DNA of 64,000 nt. It comes from an uncultured Bdellovibrio sp. (lineage in GTDB: Bacteria; Bdellovibrionota; Bdellovibrionia; Bdellovibrionales; Bdellovibrionaceae). A program made the translations under genes and the position numbers. Below are positions 11,961-22,218 of the stretch, piece by piece. Every line of letters starts with the position of its first letter. Within the stretch, counting starts at the first letter, position 1. Location of the stretch: the NCBI GenBank assembly GCA_963932905.1, contig CAWVRN010000004.1, forward strand, positions 64,001 through 128,000, read 5' to 3'. The notes beneath the pieces are model-generated. The model was not told where the DNA came from. It searched no databases and saw nothing but the letters and a program-made list of their open reading frames with translations.

Positions 11961-11993
11961 TTCCGTGTTCCTTTGTATTTATTATTAAATTTC

Positions 11994-12950
11994 TTATTTA
12001 AACTTTTTAACTAAGTCGATGACAAGGCCTGCATCATTCATAATGTAGAAATGCAGATTTTTTTCGCCATTCTTAATTAAATCTTCAACCTGAGCCAATG
12101 CCCAACGGCGACCGATCTCTTCGACATGCGCCGGAGTCGCCGTAATTTCATCCACAAGACGTTCGGGAAGATCCACATTGAAAGTTTTAGGAACTGATTT
12201 CAATTGAGCTGCGTTTTTAATGATTTTAAGACCAGGAACTATAGGAACCGTGATTCCCGCTTCCAGACAGGCTTTTTTAAACTGATAGTATTTCTGATTA
12301 TCAAAAAACATTTGAGTCACGATATAGTCCGCGCCCGCTTCCACTTTCTTTTTCAAGAATTGAATATCGGTTTTAAAATTTGCGGCCTCGAAGTGCTTCT
12401 CGGGATAACCAGCGACACCAATGCCATAATCCAACGGTTCGCAATTAGAAATCTCTTCAATAAACTGCCCCGTACTCATACCTTTGATTTGGGTCACTAA
12501 GTCAGACGCATATTGATTGATCGTGCGATTTTTAGAAACCTCTTTACTGTAATTTAGACTATCACCACGTAAAGCTAAAACGTTGTGGATGCCTAGATAA
12601 TTCAATTCGATTAACGCATCTTCAGTTTCTTCTTTTGTGAAACCTTGGCAAAGAATATGTGCAACAGTATCAATGCGGAAACGATTTTGAATAATACCAC
12701 AGATACCCAGCGTACCAGGACGTTTCTTGAAAGTGCGTTTAACGATCGAACCATCAGAATTTTCATGGTAGTAAGCGCTCGAAGCATGGCTAGTCACATC
12801 GATCCATGGTGGATCAAGCTTACTTAATCCTTCGGCAATATCAATAATATCCTTAACTGAACGACCACGCGGCGGCGGTACAATTTCAAAGCTGAACTCT
12901 GGCGGGTTCGATTTCTGTAACGCTCTGTTGATGTGCTCAATAACTTTCAA
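11994..12950 (-). CDS. metF: Methylenetetrahydrofolate reductase
   Basis: SFEIVPP, LALRGD, VAGYPEKH, GADYIVTQMFFD; directly upstream of metH; TTG start. Confidence 0.93.
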   Translation of the reverse strand: MKVIEHINRALQKSNPPEFSFEIVPPPRGRSVKDIIDIAEGLSKLDPPWIDVTSHASSAYYHENSDGSIVKRTFKKRPGTLGICGIIQNRFRIDTVAHILCQGFTKEETEDALIELNYLGIHNVLALRGDSLNYSKEVSKNRTINQYASDLVTQIKGMSTGQFIEEISNCEPLDYGIGVAGYPEKHFEAANFKTDIQFLKKKVEAGADYIVTQMFFDNQKYYQFKKACLEAGITVPIVPGLKIIKNAAQLKSVPKTFNVDLPERLVDEITATPAHVEEIGRRWALAQVEDLIKNGEKNLHFYIMNDAGLVIDLVKKFK

Positions 12951-12970
12951 TTTCGTGTACCCTTACTTTT

Positions 12971-14293
12971 TTATCGACCCTTACCAAAAAGGACGACTCG
13001 AATCGTTTTAAATATAATTTGTATATCAAGTATAAAACTAAAGTTTTTAATGTAATACAAATCAAATTGCAATTTCTGTTTTGAATCTTCTACGCTAGCA
13101 CCATAGGCATACATAACTTGGGCCCAGCCGGTGATCCCCGGGCGAACTAAATGGCGCATTCGATAGAACGGGATTTGCTTCTCTAATTCCACGTTAAATT
13201 CCGGTCTTTCAGGCCGTGGGCCTATAAAACTCATGTCACCTTTGATCACGTTCCATAGCTGAGGGAGCTCATCAATGCGAGTCAGTCGAATAAACTTTCC
13301 GACCCTAGTAACCCTAGAGTCATTGCTCTTGGCCCATTGCGCACCTTGTTTTTCAGCATCGGTCACCATCGAGCGCATTTTGAAAATCGTAAATTCACGA
13401 TCATTCAAACCCGTACGAATCTGACTGTAAAAAACTGGCCCTTTCGATTCAAGCTTAATCAGGATAGAGAAAATCAATAAAAACGGCCACGTCACGGACA
13501 ACAATAGTAATGCCAAAATTAAATCCAAAACACGTTTGACCCGCAAACCAAGTGGATTATGAAAAAGATCGAAACCCTTTTCGAAAATGAACCATTCGCG
13601 ACTTAAAAAATCGACAGGAACTTTTTTTTCGATCTCCTCAAAAAATTGCGACAGGTTTAGAATTTCTTTTCCCGCAAAACGAGCCTGCATTAAACTATCC
13701 GTTAGTTCTTGGCTCCATAAATTTGAAGGCATCGATACCACTATAGCCTGCCAATCTTGATGAATTTTGTCCAGAGGGTGCCTCGGTGACCAATTTAAAA
13801 TTTCGTAGTTAATTTTAAATTTTTTAATGATCTCGTTTTCAATAAACTGATTGTGGTCACCGGCGGCCAAAAACAAATACGACGTCTTACCTGCCCTAGC
13901 AGAAAGAATCCCCCACAAAATTCGCCGGTATGTTATTGAGGCTATACCGAACAAAATTGTAGATCCAATCAAGATTCCGCGACCAAAAATACCGGACCTG
14001 TCTTTGCTAAGAAGGTAGTTTATAGTTAATACAAACGAGATAGTGACTACGAAACTAGAGACTTGCCTTATGAAGATATCTTTAAAACGATGATGCGGTT
14101 CCACATCGTAAGCGCCAAAAACATAACTAAAGCCAAGCAACGACATTGTGATAAACCACAAGCCCACAGAATTAAAATGCCAAAAGAACTCACCTAAACG
14201 AAGCCAAGAAAACAAATGAATCACCAGCAAATAGACAGCTCCATCAAAAGCCAGCAACGTCAGTTTTTTCTTTGGTGTTAATCGAATTTTCAT
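12971..14293 (-). CDS. Undecaprenyl-phosphate sugar-1-phosphate transferase (priming glycosyltransferase, WcaJ/WbaP family)
   Basis: N-terminal TM helices; C-terminal KMRSM, RLTRIDELPQLWNVIKGDMSFIGPRPERP, PGITGWAQV, DLYYI. Start placed at MKIRL from promoter geometry. Confidence 0.92.
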   Translation of the reverse strand: MKIRLTPKKKLTLLAFDGAVYLLVIHLFSWLRLGEFFWHFNSVGLWFITMSLLGFSYVFGAYDVEPHHRFKDIFIRQVSSFVVTISFVLTINYLLSKDRSGIFGRGILIGSTILFGIASITYRRILWGILSARAGKTSYLFLAAGDHNQFIENEIIKKFKINYEILNWSPRHPLDKIHQDWQAIVVSMPSNLWSQELTDSLMQARFAGKEILNLSQFFEEIEKKVPVDFLSREWFIFEKGFDLFHNPLGLRVKRVLDLILALLLLSVTWPFLLIFSILIKLESKGPVFYSQIRTGLNDREFTIFKMRSMVTDAEKQGAQWAKSNDSRVTRVGKFIRLTRIDELPQLWNVIKGDMSFIGPRPERPEFNVELEKQIPFYRMRHLVRPGITGWAQVMYAYGASVEDSKQKLQFDLYYIKNFSFILDIQIIFKTIRVVLFGKGR

Positions 14294-14389
14294 TTCGCTA
14301 TTGTCATTAACTTTCTGATATTTTTCAATCGCATTTTTCGCCTTATTTTTCCTTAGCCAAGCGCCCTGCAAAGTGGCTATACTGCGACC

Positions 14390-15616
14390 ATGACAGGCCT
14401 GTTGTTTGTATTTCTAAGTGCGACTTTAATCTCACAGTCATTCATGGATGCTATGTCCGTGGTGATTATTCTCTACACACTGACTATGCGTTTTACCAAG
14501 CAAACCCGCTTCGACTCACTGTTAGCATCCAATTCAGGAATCAAAGAGGTTTTTTTCTTTGGTTTGTGGCTAGCGTCCATAGCGATTGGCTTACGAACAA
14601 GCCCCCATTTACTGAAAAACCTGTCTGAATGGAAATGGATTTTAAACCTACTGTTCATGTACTGGTTCCTAAATCACTATTTAACCAAGCGCGGAACCCC
14701 ATCAATGACACTGTCATTCTGGCAACCCCTGTACTGGGTTTTACTTGCCTGCTTCCTCTATGGTGCCGTGGGCCTGGCCACGGGTATAGATTTATTCAAA
14801 CAAACACCACTCACCCATGGAGCCCGCTTTGCCGGCCCATTCGATGATCCGATGAATTTTGCACACATCTATGGCATGTATGCCGCATTCTTGGTTCCGT
14901 TTGTCATCGAAGCACTCTCTGAATGGAAGAATGGAAACAAAAGAACCAAACCACAAGTTTTACTGGTAGCCGCGTTTGCCTTAACAACAGTCAGTGTGGC
15001 CTTGACCTTAACTCGCGGAGCTTGGGCTGGGCTTTCAGGGGCTATCATCATTATGGTATTCATCTATCGTAAACGCTGGGGCGTAGCTATCGCCGGCGCT
15101 ACAGTCATCAGCGCCTTGATTTTGTATGCAGGTTCAAGCACATTCAAAACCCGCATCGACCAAGCACTCAACCCATCACAAAGCTACGACAGCGAACGTT
15201 ATAATTTATGGCGCACCAATTTGGAAATCTTTAAAGACTATCCCGTGTTTGGAATCGGACATGGTGACTACCTAGCCTACCTTCCTTCGTATTTTGAAAA
15301 GTTAGGCATCCCAGCAAACCACTTTCAAAGCCACGCCCACAACCAATATCTACAAGCCCTAAGCAATACCGGCTTGGTCGGATTTTTGTTTTACATGATT
15401 TTCATTTTAGGATTGCTAGCATTTACATTTAAACAATACCGCAAACACCGGGATCCCATTTTCTTGGGCTCCTTCGGGGCCCAAATCGCGTTTCACATTG
15501 GGTCCCTAACGGAATGCAATTTTGAACGAGCCAAAGTCCGACTCGTTTACTTATTCTTTTGCGCGTTGGCCTTGAGTATTGCAGTTCAGCTAAGGCCCAA
15601 AGAACTGGCTCCTTAG
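14390..15616 (+). CDS. O-antigen ligase family (WaaL/Wzy_C) membrane protein
   Basis: Polytopic; LTLTRGAW, R..LW, PVFGIGHG, HAHNQYLQ..NTGLVG motifs. Confidence 0.88.
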   Translation: MTGLLFVFLSATLISQSFMDAMSVVIILYTLTMRFTKQTRFDSLLASNSGIKEVFFFGLWLASIAIGLRTSPHLLKNLSEWKWILNLLFMYWFLNHYLTKRGTPSMTLSFWQPLYWVLLACFLYGAVGLATGIDLFKQTPLTHGARFAGPFDDPMNFAHIYGMYAAFLVPFVIEALSEWKNGNKRTKPQVLLVAAFALTTVSVALTLTRGAWAGLSGAIIIMVFIYRKRWGVAIAGATVISALILYAGSSTFKTRIDQALNPSQSYDSERYNLWRTNLEIFKDYPVFGIGHGDYLAYLPSYFEKLGIPANHFQSHAHNQYLQALSNTGLVGFLFYMIFILGLLAFTFKQYRKHRDPIFLGSFGAQIAFHIGSLTECNFERAKVRLVYLFFCALALSIAVQLRPKELAP

Positions 15617-15858
15617 CTTGCGGCTAAGAAGCTAAATTCTATTGGAAAGACAGTTGTTTAGTTGAAATTTAAAAGCGCTGTCTTGAAACAGTTTTTCAAA
15701 AAAAATTATTATCCGAATTACCTCGTAATACATTCGAGTTTCGATCCCTCAAAAAAGCGAGCGTGTTGAATCTTTCTGGATTTTAGATAGCACGTTTTAA
15801 ATTCACTTGATTTGACGATATTTTACTTGGCCTTAGCCGCAGGCTAAGGGGCCAGTTC
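15602..15858. repeat. 257-bp element bounded by inverted repeats (MITE/REPIN-like)
   Basis: 15602-15628 GAACTGGCTCCTTAGCTTGCGGCTAAG matches the reverse complement of 15832-15858 (GAACTGGCCCCTTAGCCTGCGGCTAAG) at 25/27. A second, inner inverted match lies at 15663-15683 / 15785-15805. Confidence 0.75.
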
Positions 15859-15876
15859 ACAAAAAATAAATAATAC

Positions 15877-16485
15877 CTAGATTTTTTTATCGTTGTATTG
15901 AATTACGCCTTTATCAACCAGACCTTTTTCAATCAGATAGCATAGAGTGTGATAGATCAAAATATGACACTCTTGAATCATATTTGTAGTTTCACCCGGA
16001 GCCAAGATCGTTAGATCGGCAAGAGCTTTACATTTACCACCGTCTTTTCCAGAAAGCAGAATTGATTTACCACCCGATTTTTTTACAGCTTCAAGTGCAC
16101 GCAAGATATTTGGAGAATTTCCGGACGTCGTGATTCCTAAGAACAAATCACCGGGTCTCATATGAGCATAAACCTGGCGGCTAAATACATAATCATAACC
16201 GTAATCATTTCCCACTGCTGTCATGATCGATGTGTCCGTTGACAGAGCAATGCCACGAATCGGTGAACGATCTGGTCCAAGTTTAACGATCAATTCAGCG
16301 ATCATGTGCTGCGCATCGGCTGCCGATCCACCATTTCCAGCAGCTAACAATTGTCCACCCTTAGCACATGAATCGATGATCATTTGCGCAGCTTCTGCTA
16401 CTTTGCCTTTGATTTCATCATTCTCAGTCATACGCTTCAAATTCATGAGGGCGCTACCAAATGCTTCATCAATAAATGCTTTCAT
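15877..16485 (-). CDS. gmhA: Phosphoheptose (sedoheptulose-7-P) isomerase, copy 1
   Basis: GNGGSAADAQH, TAVGNDYGY..VFSRQ, TTSGNSPN, IQECH. GAGG SD favours start 16485 (alternative 16527). Confidence 0.92.
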   Translation of the reverse strand: MKAFIDEAFGSALMNLKRMTENDEIKGKVAEAAQMIIDSCAKGGQLLAAGNGGSAADAQHMIAELIVKLGPDRSPIRGIALSTDTSIMTAVGNDYGYDYVFSRQVYAHMRPGDLFLGITTSGNSPNILRALEAVKKSGGKSILLSGKDGGKCKALADLTILAPGETTNMIQECHILIYHTLCYLIEKGLVDKGVIQYNDKKI

Positions 16486-16641
16486 CTCTACCTCGCTGGA
16501 ACAATTCGTTATCCGGATATTTTCCATACTACCCTGAAATCGACGAATTTCAATTAGAATTCAAGGCATCCGCAACCTAGCCGCTCTCTTGCCTAGCCTC
16601 CTGTCGTTCGATGAAAAACAAAATAACCTATAAGGAGTCCC

Positions 16642-17712
16642 ATGCTCTATTCTAAAAGTATTCATTCAGCCACTTTAACTATCACGGCCTTTGCATTAAT
16701 AGCCTTAAATGCTTGTGTTAAAAAAGATCCAGACCAATCGGGGTCGGTCGCAAATTACCTGCAAAACCCATCCGGCGCCCTCCTGGAGCCTCAACAGATG
16801 AAGCTTTGTGTGCGGCCGACCCACCGATTGGGTGTTAAAAAATGTGTCCGTAACGGAAAATGGGTTCGCATGAGCCTAGCCGCAAATGACGTAGACAATG
16901 ATCGTACGGATGTATTTTCAAGTCCGCGCATTTCCCTGAAAAAAGAAAACTTCTACCAAGACACCTTCAAATTTTTAGATGGTGTTAATCATGTCGCTAA
17001 CTACCCCGATTACTATCACGCCTATGCCAACTACGGCGGTTTTGCTCATTTCGTTTTTGCTATGCCTAACCAATCCGACCTGGCCGTTACCTATGGATTC
17101 GCGGGACGTGACGAAGTTTCCGAAAATCTACATCGTCAGCTAAGCATGATGTATCCAAATATTCGTGAACGAGTCAAAATTCAGCACTGGAATGACGGCG
17201 GGACATACAAAAAATTTGCGTCTATCTATTTCGATGTGATCGGCGACTACACCGAAACAAACTACCGCTACGACTGCGCTTGGGGCGAACAACATCAAAG
17301 TTATGATTTTACACAAGTAAAAACAAAAGAAGGCATCGATGTACCAAAAATTCCGGAAACATATGTTTGGAGAAAAATTGCGGAATCGTGTGATCAATTG
17401 CCTCAGAAATCATTTGATGGCAGATACACTTACTTGCCATTCAAAGACGTTTCATCGAATCCAATATCAACGCAGCACCAGTTCACTTTACAAAATCGCG
17501 ACAAAATCAAAATTTACAATATGAAAAGCACGCTGCCCGACGAATCCAAAGCACGCATAGATACGATTAACCCCATGTCACAATCAGAAATGAAATCAGA
17601 TGGCACAACCACTCTATTTTTAAATAGCAAAAAAGAAGAAATTTCGCGCTGGGAATCTATCTATGATGAAGACTTAAAAGATGGATCTTTTCAACCAGAG
17701 ACAACCAAATAA
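16642..17712 (+). CDS. Hypothetical lipoprotein
   Basis: AAGGAG SD; lipobox-like LNAC; no family recognised. Confidence 0.7.
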   Translation: MLYSKSIHSATLTITAFALIALNACVKKDPDQSGSVANYLQNPSGALLEPQQMKLCVRPTHRLGVKKCVRNGKWVRMSLAANDVDNDRTDVFSSPRISLKKENFYQDTFKFLDGVNHVANYPDYYHAYANYGGFAHFVFAMPNQSDLAVTYGFAGRDEVSENLHRQLSMMYPNIRERVKIQHWNDGGTYKKFASIYFDVIGDYTETNYRYDCAWGEQHQSYDFTQVKTKEGIDVPKIPETYVWRKIAESCDQLPQKSFDGRYTYLPFKDVSSNPISTQHQFTLQNRDKIKIYNMKSTLPDESKARIDTINPMSQSEMKSDGTTTLFLNSKKEEISRWESIYDEDLKDGSFQPETTK

Positions 17713-17713
17713 G

Positions 17714-17744
17714 AAAAAAAGGCTAGAACATGGATGTTCTAGCC
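17714..17744 (-). terminator. Intrinsic terminator of the SNF2 gene
   Basis: GGCTAGAACA-TGGA-TGTTCTAGCC 10-bp stem; A7 at 17714-17720 gives a U-tract on the minus strand; lies between convergent genes. Confidence 0.85.
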
Positions 17745-17748
17745 AAAC

Positions 17749-20700
17749 TTAACTGAACAGGTCCGACAAATCATCTAAAGATAACTCTTTCAAGATATTC
17801 GCATCTGAACTGATGATGTTCTCAGCCAAGATTTTTTTGCGCTCTTGCAGTTTTAAGATCTTCTCTTCCACTGTATTTTTCGCAATCAATTTATAGGCAA
17901 ATACACTCTTTGTTTGACCAATCCGATAACATCGATCGATGGCCTGTGATTCTGCTGCTGGATTCCACCATGGATCGATAATGAATACGTAATCAGCAGA
18001 CGTTAAATTCAAACCCACACCGCCGGCTTTCAAGCTCAACAAGAAAAGACTGATTTGATCATTCGTCTGGAAATTTTGAACACGCTCGGCACGGTCTTTC
18101 GTTTGCCCATCTAGGTATTCAAAATGAATGTTCTTTTCACGCAACTGCTGTGACAAAATTTTCAACAATGATGTGAAGCTCGAGAAAATCAACGCCTTGT
18201 GACCTTCGTTGATCAATGTTTGAATTTGATCAATCAGTAGGTCAAACTTCGCCGACGGCTCACCTAGTTTAGTTTTATCAACCAGACCCATGTGGCACGA
18301 AATCTGTCGCAAGCGCAGCAGTGCCCCCAAAATTTCAATCTTGGTATTTTTAATACCGTTATCTTTGATTTTTGAATTCAGTTTTTGCCAGTAGTAATTC
18401 TTAATTTCGTTATACTTATTACGTTCTTCTTCACTTAGTTCACAATATAGAACTTGTTCTGTCTTACTTGGTAAGTCTTTAAGAACTTGTTCTTTCGTAC
18501 GCCGCAAAATGAACGGTGATAGCGCTTTTGAAAATCGTTTCAAATCATCTGGCTCAGACAATTTCAACATTTTCTGGCCCAATGAATCCGTGATCAAACC
18601 TGGGTTCACCACCGATAAAATAGAAACCAAATCACCGATCGAATTTTCGATTGGGGTACCTGTTAATGCAAACTTCTTTTCAGATTTGATTAACTTCGTA
18701 CTTAGTGTCAGCTGCGAGCGAGGGTTTTTGATATTTTGCGCTTCATCGAGTACAAAGAAATAAAATGGAATTTCTTTTAGCTGTTCAATATCATTACGAA
18801 GCGTGTGATACGTCGTTAACAGCACATCGAATTTTTTTGCATCTTTGATTTGCTCTTTACGATCATTTCCAAAATAAGTTAGAACTTTTATTTTAGGCGT
18901 AAATTTCTCAAATTCGTTGCGCCAGTTGAACACTAAGCTTTTCGGCGCGACGATCAAACTTGGACCAGATGATTTATCTTTGATTTGCGAGAAAATAGAA
19001 AACACGGCCAGCATTTGGATTGTCTTACCAAGGCCCATGTCATCAGCTAAGATACCACCCAGTGCGTTTTCGCTTAAGATGTTCATCCATGACACACCTT
19101 TTTTCTGGTAGTCACGAAGTTCACCTTTGAACGATCCACCGATTTTAACCGGTTTTAATTCGCTAAGATCCTTGATCAAGCTTTCCATTTTCGAATCAGA
19201 TGGCACTACGAAATCGTTTTCAATATATGATTTTAAGAACAGAGACTGAATTCGGTTTAACTTAATGCCTGATTCTGTCGTCTGACCGACTTCAAAATAC
19301 GGTTTTAACTTTTTCATGATATCCGAAGGCATGAACGCCGTCGTACCGTCAGCCAAAGTAATCAAATTACTCTGATTTTTCAGTGCTTTTAGAATATCTG
19401 GCCACTCAACGGTCACATCACCGATTTTCAAATCGATCTTTAAATCTAACCAATCCATTTGATGAGACACACGGAATGTAAGATCTTTGGCACGGCGGAT
19501 ACGATTGCGGTTTAAGAATATTTGCCAGTCGTGCTGGCCAACCTTATCAATCAAATCCGGCAGATGAGAATTAAAGAATTTAAATTCTGAACGGAAGCCT
19601 GATTTTTTAATCGGGCTCAGTTCGATGAATTGATTGATTAAATCGTTCTCAAGTTCTTGATGGCGCTTAATCTTGAGTTTTTTGTTTAGATCCAGAATAT
19701 ATTCTTGGTACGTACCGTCGACTTCATAACCGTCATACAAGAAACGCATTTCTGCGACCTGAATTGTGCTCTCTTCATTCATATGAAGAACTACTTTAGC
19801 TTTCGGCTGCAATTCTCTGTTTTCTTCGAATTTTAAATCATCAGGCAAATGAATGTACGGGGTGTTTGTGAAGTTCAACCAGTAGGTATTCAAGAAATCA
19901 AAAACTTCATTTTTTGCTACGACCATGGGACGAAGGGACAAAGCTTCGTACCACATGCCATTCTTTTTTGAATCAAAGTAGGCCATGAAATCTTCGAAGA
20001 AAATATAGTTATCAAGATAGCCAATAACTTCTTTCATTTCCTTGGTCTGATTTTTTTCATTTTTAAGAACGACAGATAGCTTATAGTCTTCTTTATCAAA
20101 TTCATACAAATGCAGATCTAGAGACCAATTTTCTGGCATCAGCGGATACGGCTGCATGTCGTTGATATTGAAATCCACATACAAACCCGTTTTGTTTTTC
20201 TTCAAGCGATATAACTGACCAAGTTCGGAAACATTTTGCAAAATGTTTTCATTCTGATCTGGATTTACTAAAAATTCGTTATAAGTAGTGGCTTGCGATT
20301 TAGAGAAATAGTTCTTCTCCACACGACCTATTAAATTCCACAGGATTTCTTGTTCTTGGGTGTTTTCAAAGGATGTGATTTTTTCTTGGTTTAAATCGCC
20401 CTTTTTAATAAACCCATATTCCCCATTATATTTACGCTCCTGAACGCGAAAGTGTAAAACGAACTGGCGATAACTTAAACTCGCCGGAATATCTAGAATA
20501 TAAAAACCACGCTTTAGGAAATCACTCGATGCCGCTCGAAACTTAGTTACGACGTTTTTGCTATCGTACATCTCTTGAGCGCGATCCAGTGAACGTTTCC
20601 AATAGGGTTCATTTCCAGAACCTTTGACGACAGAAATGTCCTCTTGTTTTTCTTTTGTTTCCGATTCGACCTGTTTTTTCTGCTGATAGAAATAAAAAAC

Positions 20701-20994
20701 TTTAGACGTAAATTCATCGGTTTTTGTATTTTTCTCGACAGCTAAAACACTGGCCCAAATATGCGGACAATTAAATCCCTGTTTGAATTGATTGCAGGTA
20801 CATTGGAAAAGTAGGTTTTGTTTATCAGGATCGAAATTTAAATTTACGTTGTATTTATGAACACCATAAACTTCAGATTTAATTGCTTCATTGCCAATCT
20901 CCAGCAACTTGAATTGTTTGCGGATATAGAAGCTGTAACCTTTAGAACGAACGGTTGGGTCAAACTCTTTAGTCAAAAATTCAGAAATGTTCAT
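17749..20994 (-). CDS. SWIM zinc finger + SNF2-family helicase/ATPase
   Basis: SWIM CTC...CPH; LADDMGLGKT, LDEAQNIKN, LTGTPIEN, SLKAGGVGLNL, DPWWNPA.ESQAIDR..RIGQ. Start placed at MNISEFL. Confidence 0.93.
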   Translation of the reverse strand: MNISEFLTKEFDPTVRSKGYSFYIRKQFKLLEIGNEAIKSEVYGVHKYNVNLNFDPDKQNLLFQCTCNQFKQGFNCPHIWASVLAVEKNTKTDEFTSKVFYFYQQKKQVESETKEKQEDISVVKGSGNEPYWKRSLDRAQEMYDSKNVVTKFRAASSDFLKRGFYILDIPASLSYRQFVLHFRVQERKYNGEYGFIKKGDLNQEKITSFENTQEQEILWNLIGRVEKNYFSKSQATTYNEFLVNPDQNENILQNVSELGQLYRLKKNKTGLYVDFNINDMQPYPLMPENWSLDLHLYEFDKEDYKLSVVLKNEKNQTKEMKEVIGYLDNYIFFEDFMAYFDSKKNGMWYEALSLRPMVVAKNEVFDFLNTYWLNFTNTPYIHLPDDLKFEENRELQPKAKVVLHMNEESTIQVAEMRFLYDGYEVDGTYQEYILDLNKKLKIKRHQELENDLINQFIELSPIKKSGFRSEFKFFNSHLPDLIDKVGQHDWQIFLNRNRIRRAKDLTFRVSHQMDWLDLKIDLKIGDVTVEWPDILKALKNQSNLITLADGTTAFMPSDIMKKLKPYFEVGQTTESGIKLNRIQSLFLKSYIENDFVVPSDSKMESLIKDLSELKPVKIGGSFKGELRDYQKKGVSWMNILSENALGGILADDMGLGKTIQMLAVFSIFSQIKDKSSGPSLIVAPKSLVFNWRNEFEKFTPKIKVLTYFGNDRKEQIKDAKKFDVLLTTYHTLRNDIEQLKEIPFYFFVLDEAQNIKNPRSQLTLSTKLIKSEKKFALTGTPIENSIGDLVSILSVVNPGLITDSLGQKMLKLSEPDDLKRFSKALSPFILRRTKEQVLKDLPSKTEQVLYCELSEEERNKYNEIKNYYWQKLNSKIKDNGIKNTKIEILGALLRLRQISCHMGLVDKTKLGEPSAKFDLLIDQIQTLINEGHKALIFSSFTSLLKILSQQLREKNIHFEYLDGQTKDRAERVQNFQTNDQISLFLLSLKAGGVGLNLTSADYVFIIDPWWNPAAESQAIDRCYRIGQTKSVFAYKLIAKNTVEEKILKLQERKKILAENIISSDANILKELSLDDLSDLFS

Positions 20995-21276
20995 TCTTAT
21001 TGGTTTACGAAATTTCCCGCAAAAAATCAAAGAGTTAATAGAAATGGGCATGAATCAGCGACATTCGTATAAAGTGAAAATTTAGAGTTGTAAGTGCCGA
21101 GCTTTCGCGTATAATGCGTGCACTTTTTTTCTAAAACTATTCAAACAACCGCTTGGATCACGAACGCGATCCCAAACATATCCCATTCTATTCCATGAGC
21201 ATTGAACATAAAATTGGCAGTAAAAAGCCATTTTAGCGATTCCCAAGGCCGGCTACCTGATGGTAAAACCCAACGC

Positions 21277-22218
21277 ATGAAACTCACTATTGTTGCCGAC
21301 GCTCTTACAAAAAGTTTCCATAATGCCGCCGCCAACCAGGATGGAAAATTAGCAGACTACATTCCGGAACTTGCCAAAGTTAACCCGAATTACTTTTCTG
21401 CCACGATTGTCAATGCCCACGGGGAAAGTTTTTCTGTTGGCGACAAAGATCAATTGTTTTCTCTGCAATCGACATCAAAACCAATCGTCTATAGTTTAGC
21501 ATTGAAACAACATGGTGCCGAGTATGTTCACTCAAAAGTCGGCGTAGAGCCAACCGGAGAAGCGTTTAATTCCATAATTGAACTCGAAAAACACTCACAT
21601 CGACCGTTCAACCCCATGATAAATTCGGGCGCCATAGCCACAACCAGTTTGATTAGTGGTGACAATGGTGTCAGCAAACTGCAGGCAATTGTGAACTATA
21701 TTTCTGAACTAGCCGGAAGACCGCTTTCCATCGATTCGGCTATTTTCAAATCTGAGCGTGAAACAGCCCATCGAAATCGTGCTATCGCTCATTTAATGAA
21801 ACATTTCAATGTCATGACTTCAGAAATCGATGAAACACTGGACAACTATTTTAACCAGTGCTCTATATTAGTTACGACTCAGGATCTAGCAATGATCGCT
21901 GCCTCGATGGCGACACAAGGGCGTCAGCCGCTCACAAACAAGCAGTTAATGACACCCAACCATGTTACCAAAACCCTCAGCCTAATGTTCACCTGTGGAA
22001 TGTACGATACAGCTGGTGAATGGGCCTTTAAAGTTGGCTTGCCAGCTAAGAGCGGCGTTAGCGGCGCTATTTTTGTTGTCGTTCCTGGTAAATTCGGTTT
22101 GGCGGTTTATTCTCCGAAAGTCGATGACCATGGCCACAGTGTGCGCGGGCGATTACTTGTGGAAAATCTTGTCCATGAACTTGGTTTAAATATTTTTAAT
22201 TTAGGTACTATCCAATGA
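21277..22218 (+). CDS. glsA: Glutaminase A
   Basis: GKLADYIPELA, FSLQSTSK (catalytic SxxK), VGVEPTGEAFNS, NPMINSGAI, TCGMYD.AGEWA..VGLPAKSGVSG. Confidence 0.95.
   Translation: MKLTIVADALTKSFHNAAANQDGKLADYIPELAKVNPNYFSATIVNAHGESFSVGDKDQLFSLQSTSKPIVYSLALKQHGAEYVHSKVGVEPTGEAFNSIIELEKHSHRPFNPMINSGAIATTSLISGDNGVSKLQAIVNYISELAGRPLSIDSAIFKSERETAHRNRAIAHLMKHFNVMTSEIDETLDNYFNQCSILVTTQDLAMIAASMATQGRQPLTNKQLMTPNHVTKTLSLMFTCGMYDTAGEWAFKVGLPAKSGVSGAIFVVVPGKFGLAVYSPKVDDHGHSVRGRLLVENLVHELGLNIFNLGTIQ

Noticed and set aside
12951..12970. SAM or cobalamin riboswitch ahead of metF/metH
   Set aside because: Intergenic gaps of 20 and 33 nt are too short.
17749..20994. SNF2 helicase as part of an anti-phage system
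   Set aside because: Stand-alone SWIM-SNF2 architecture with its own promoter and terminator; no methylase or nuclease partners.
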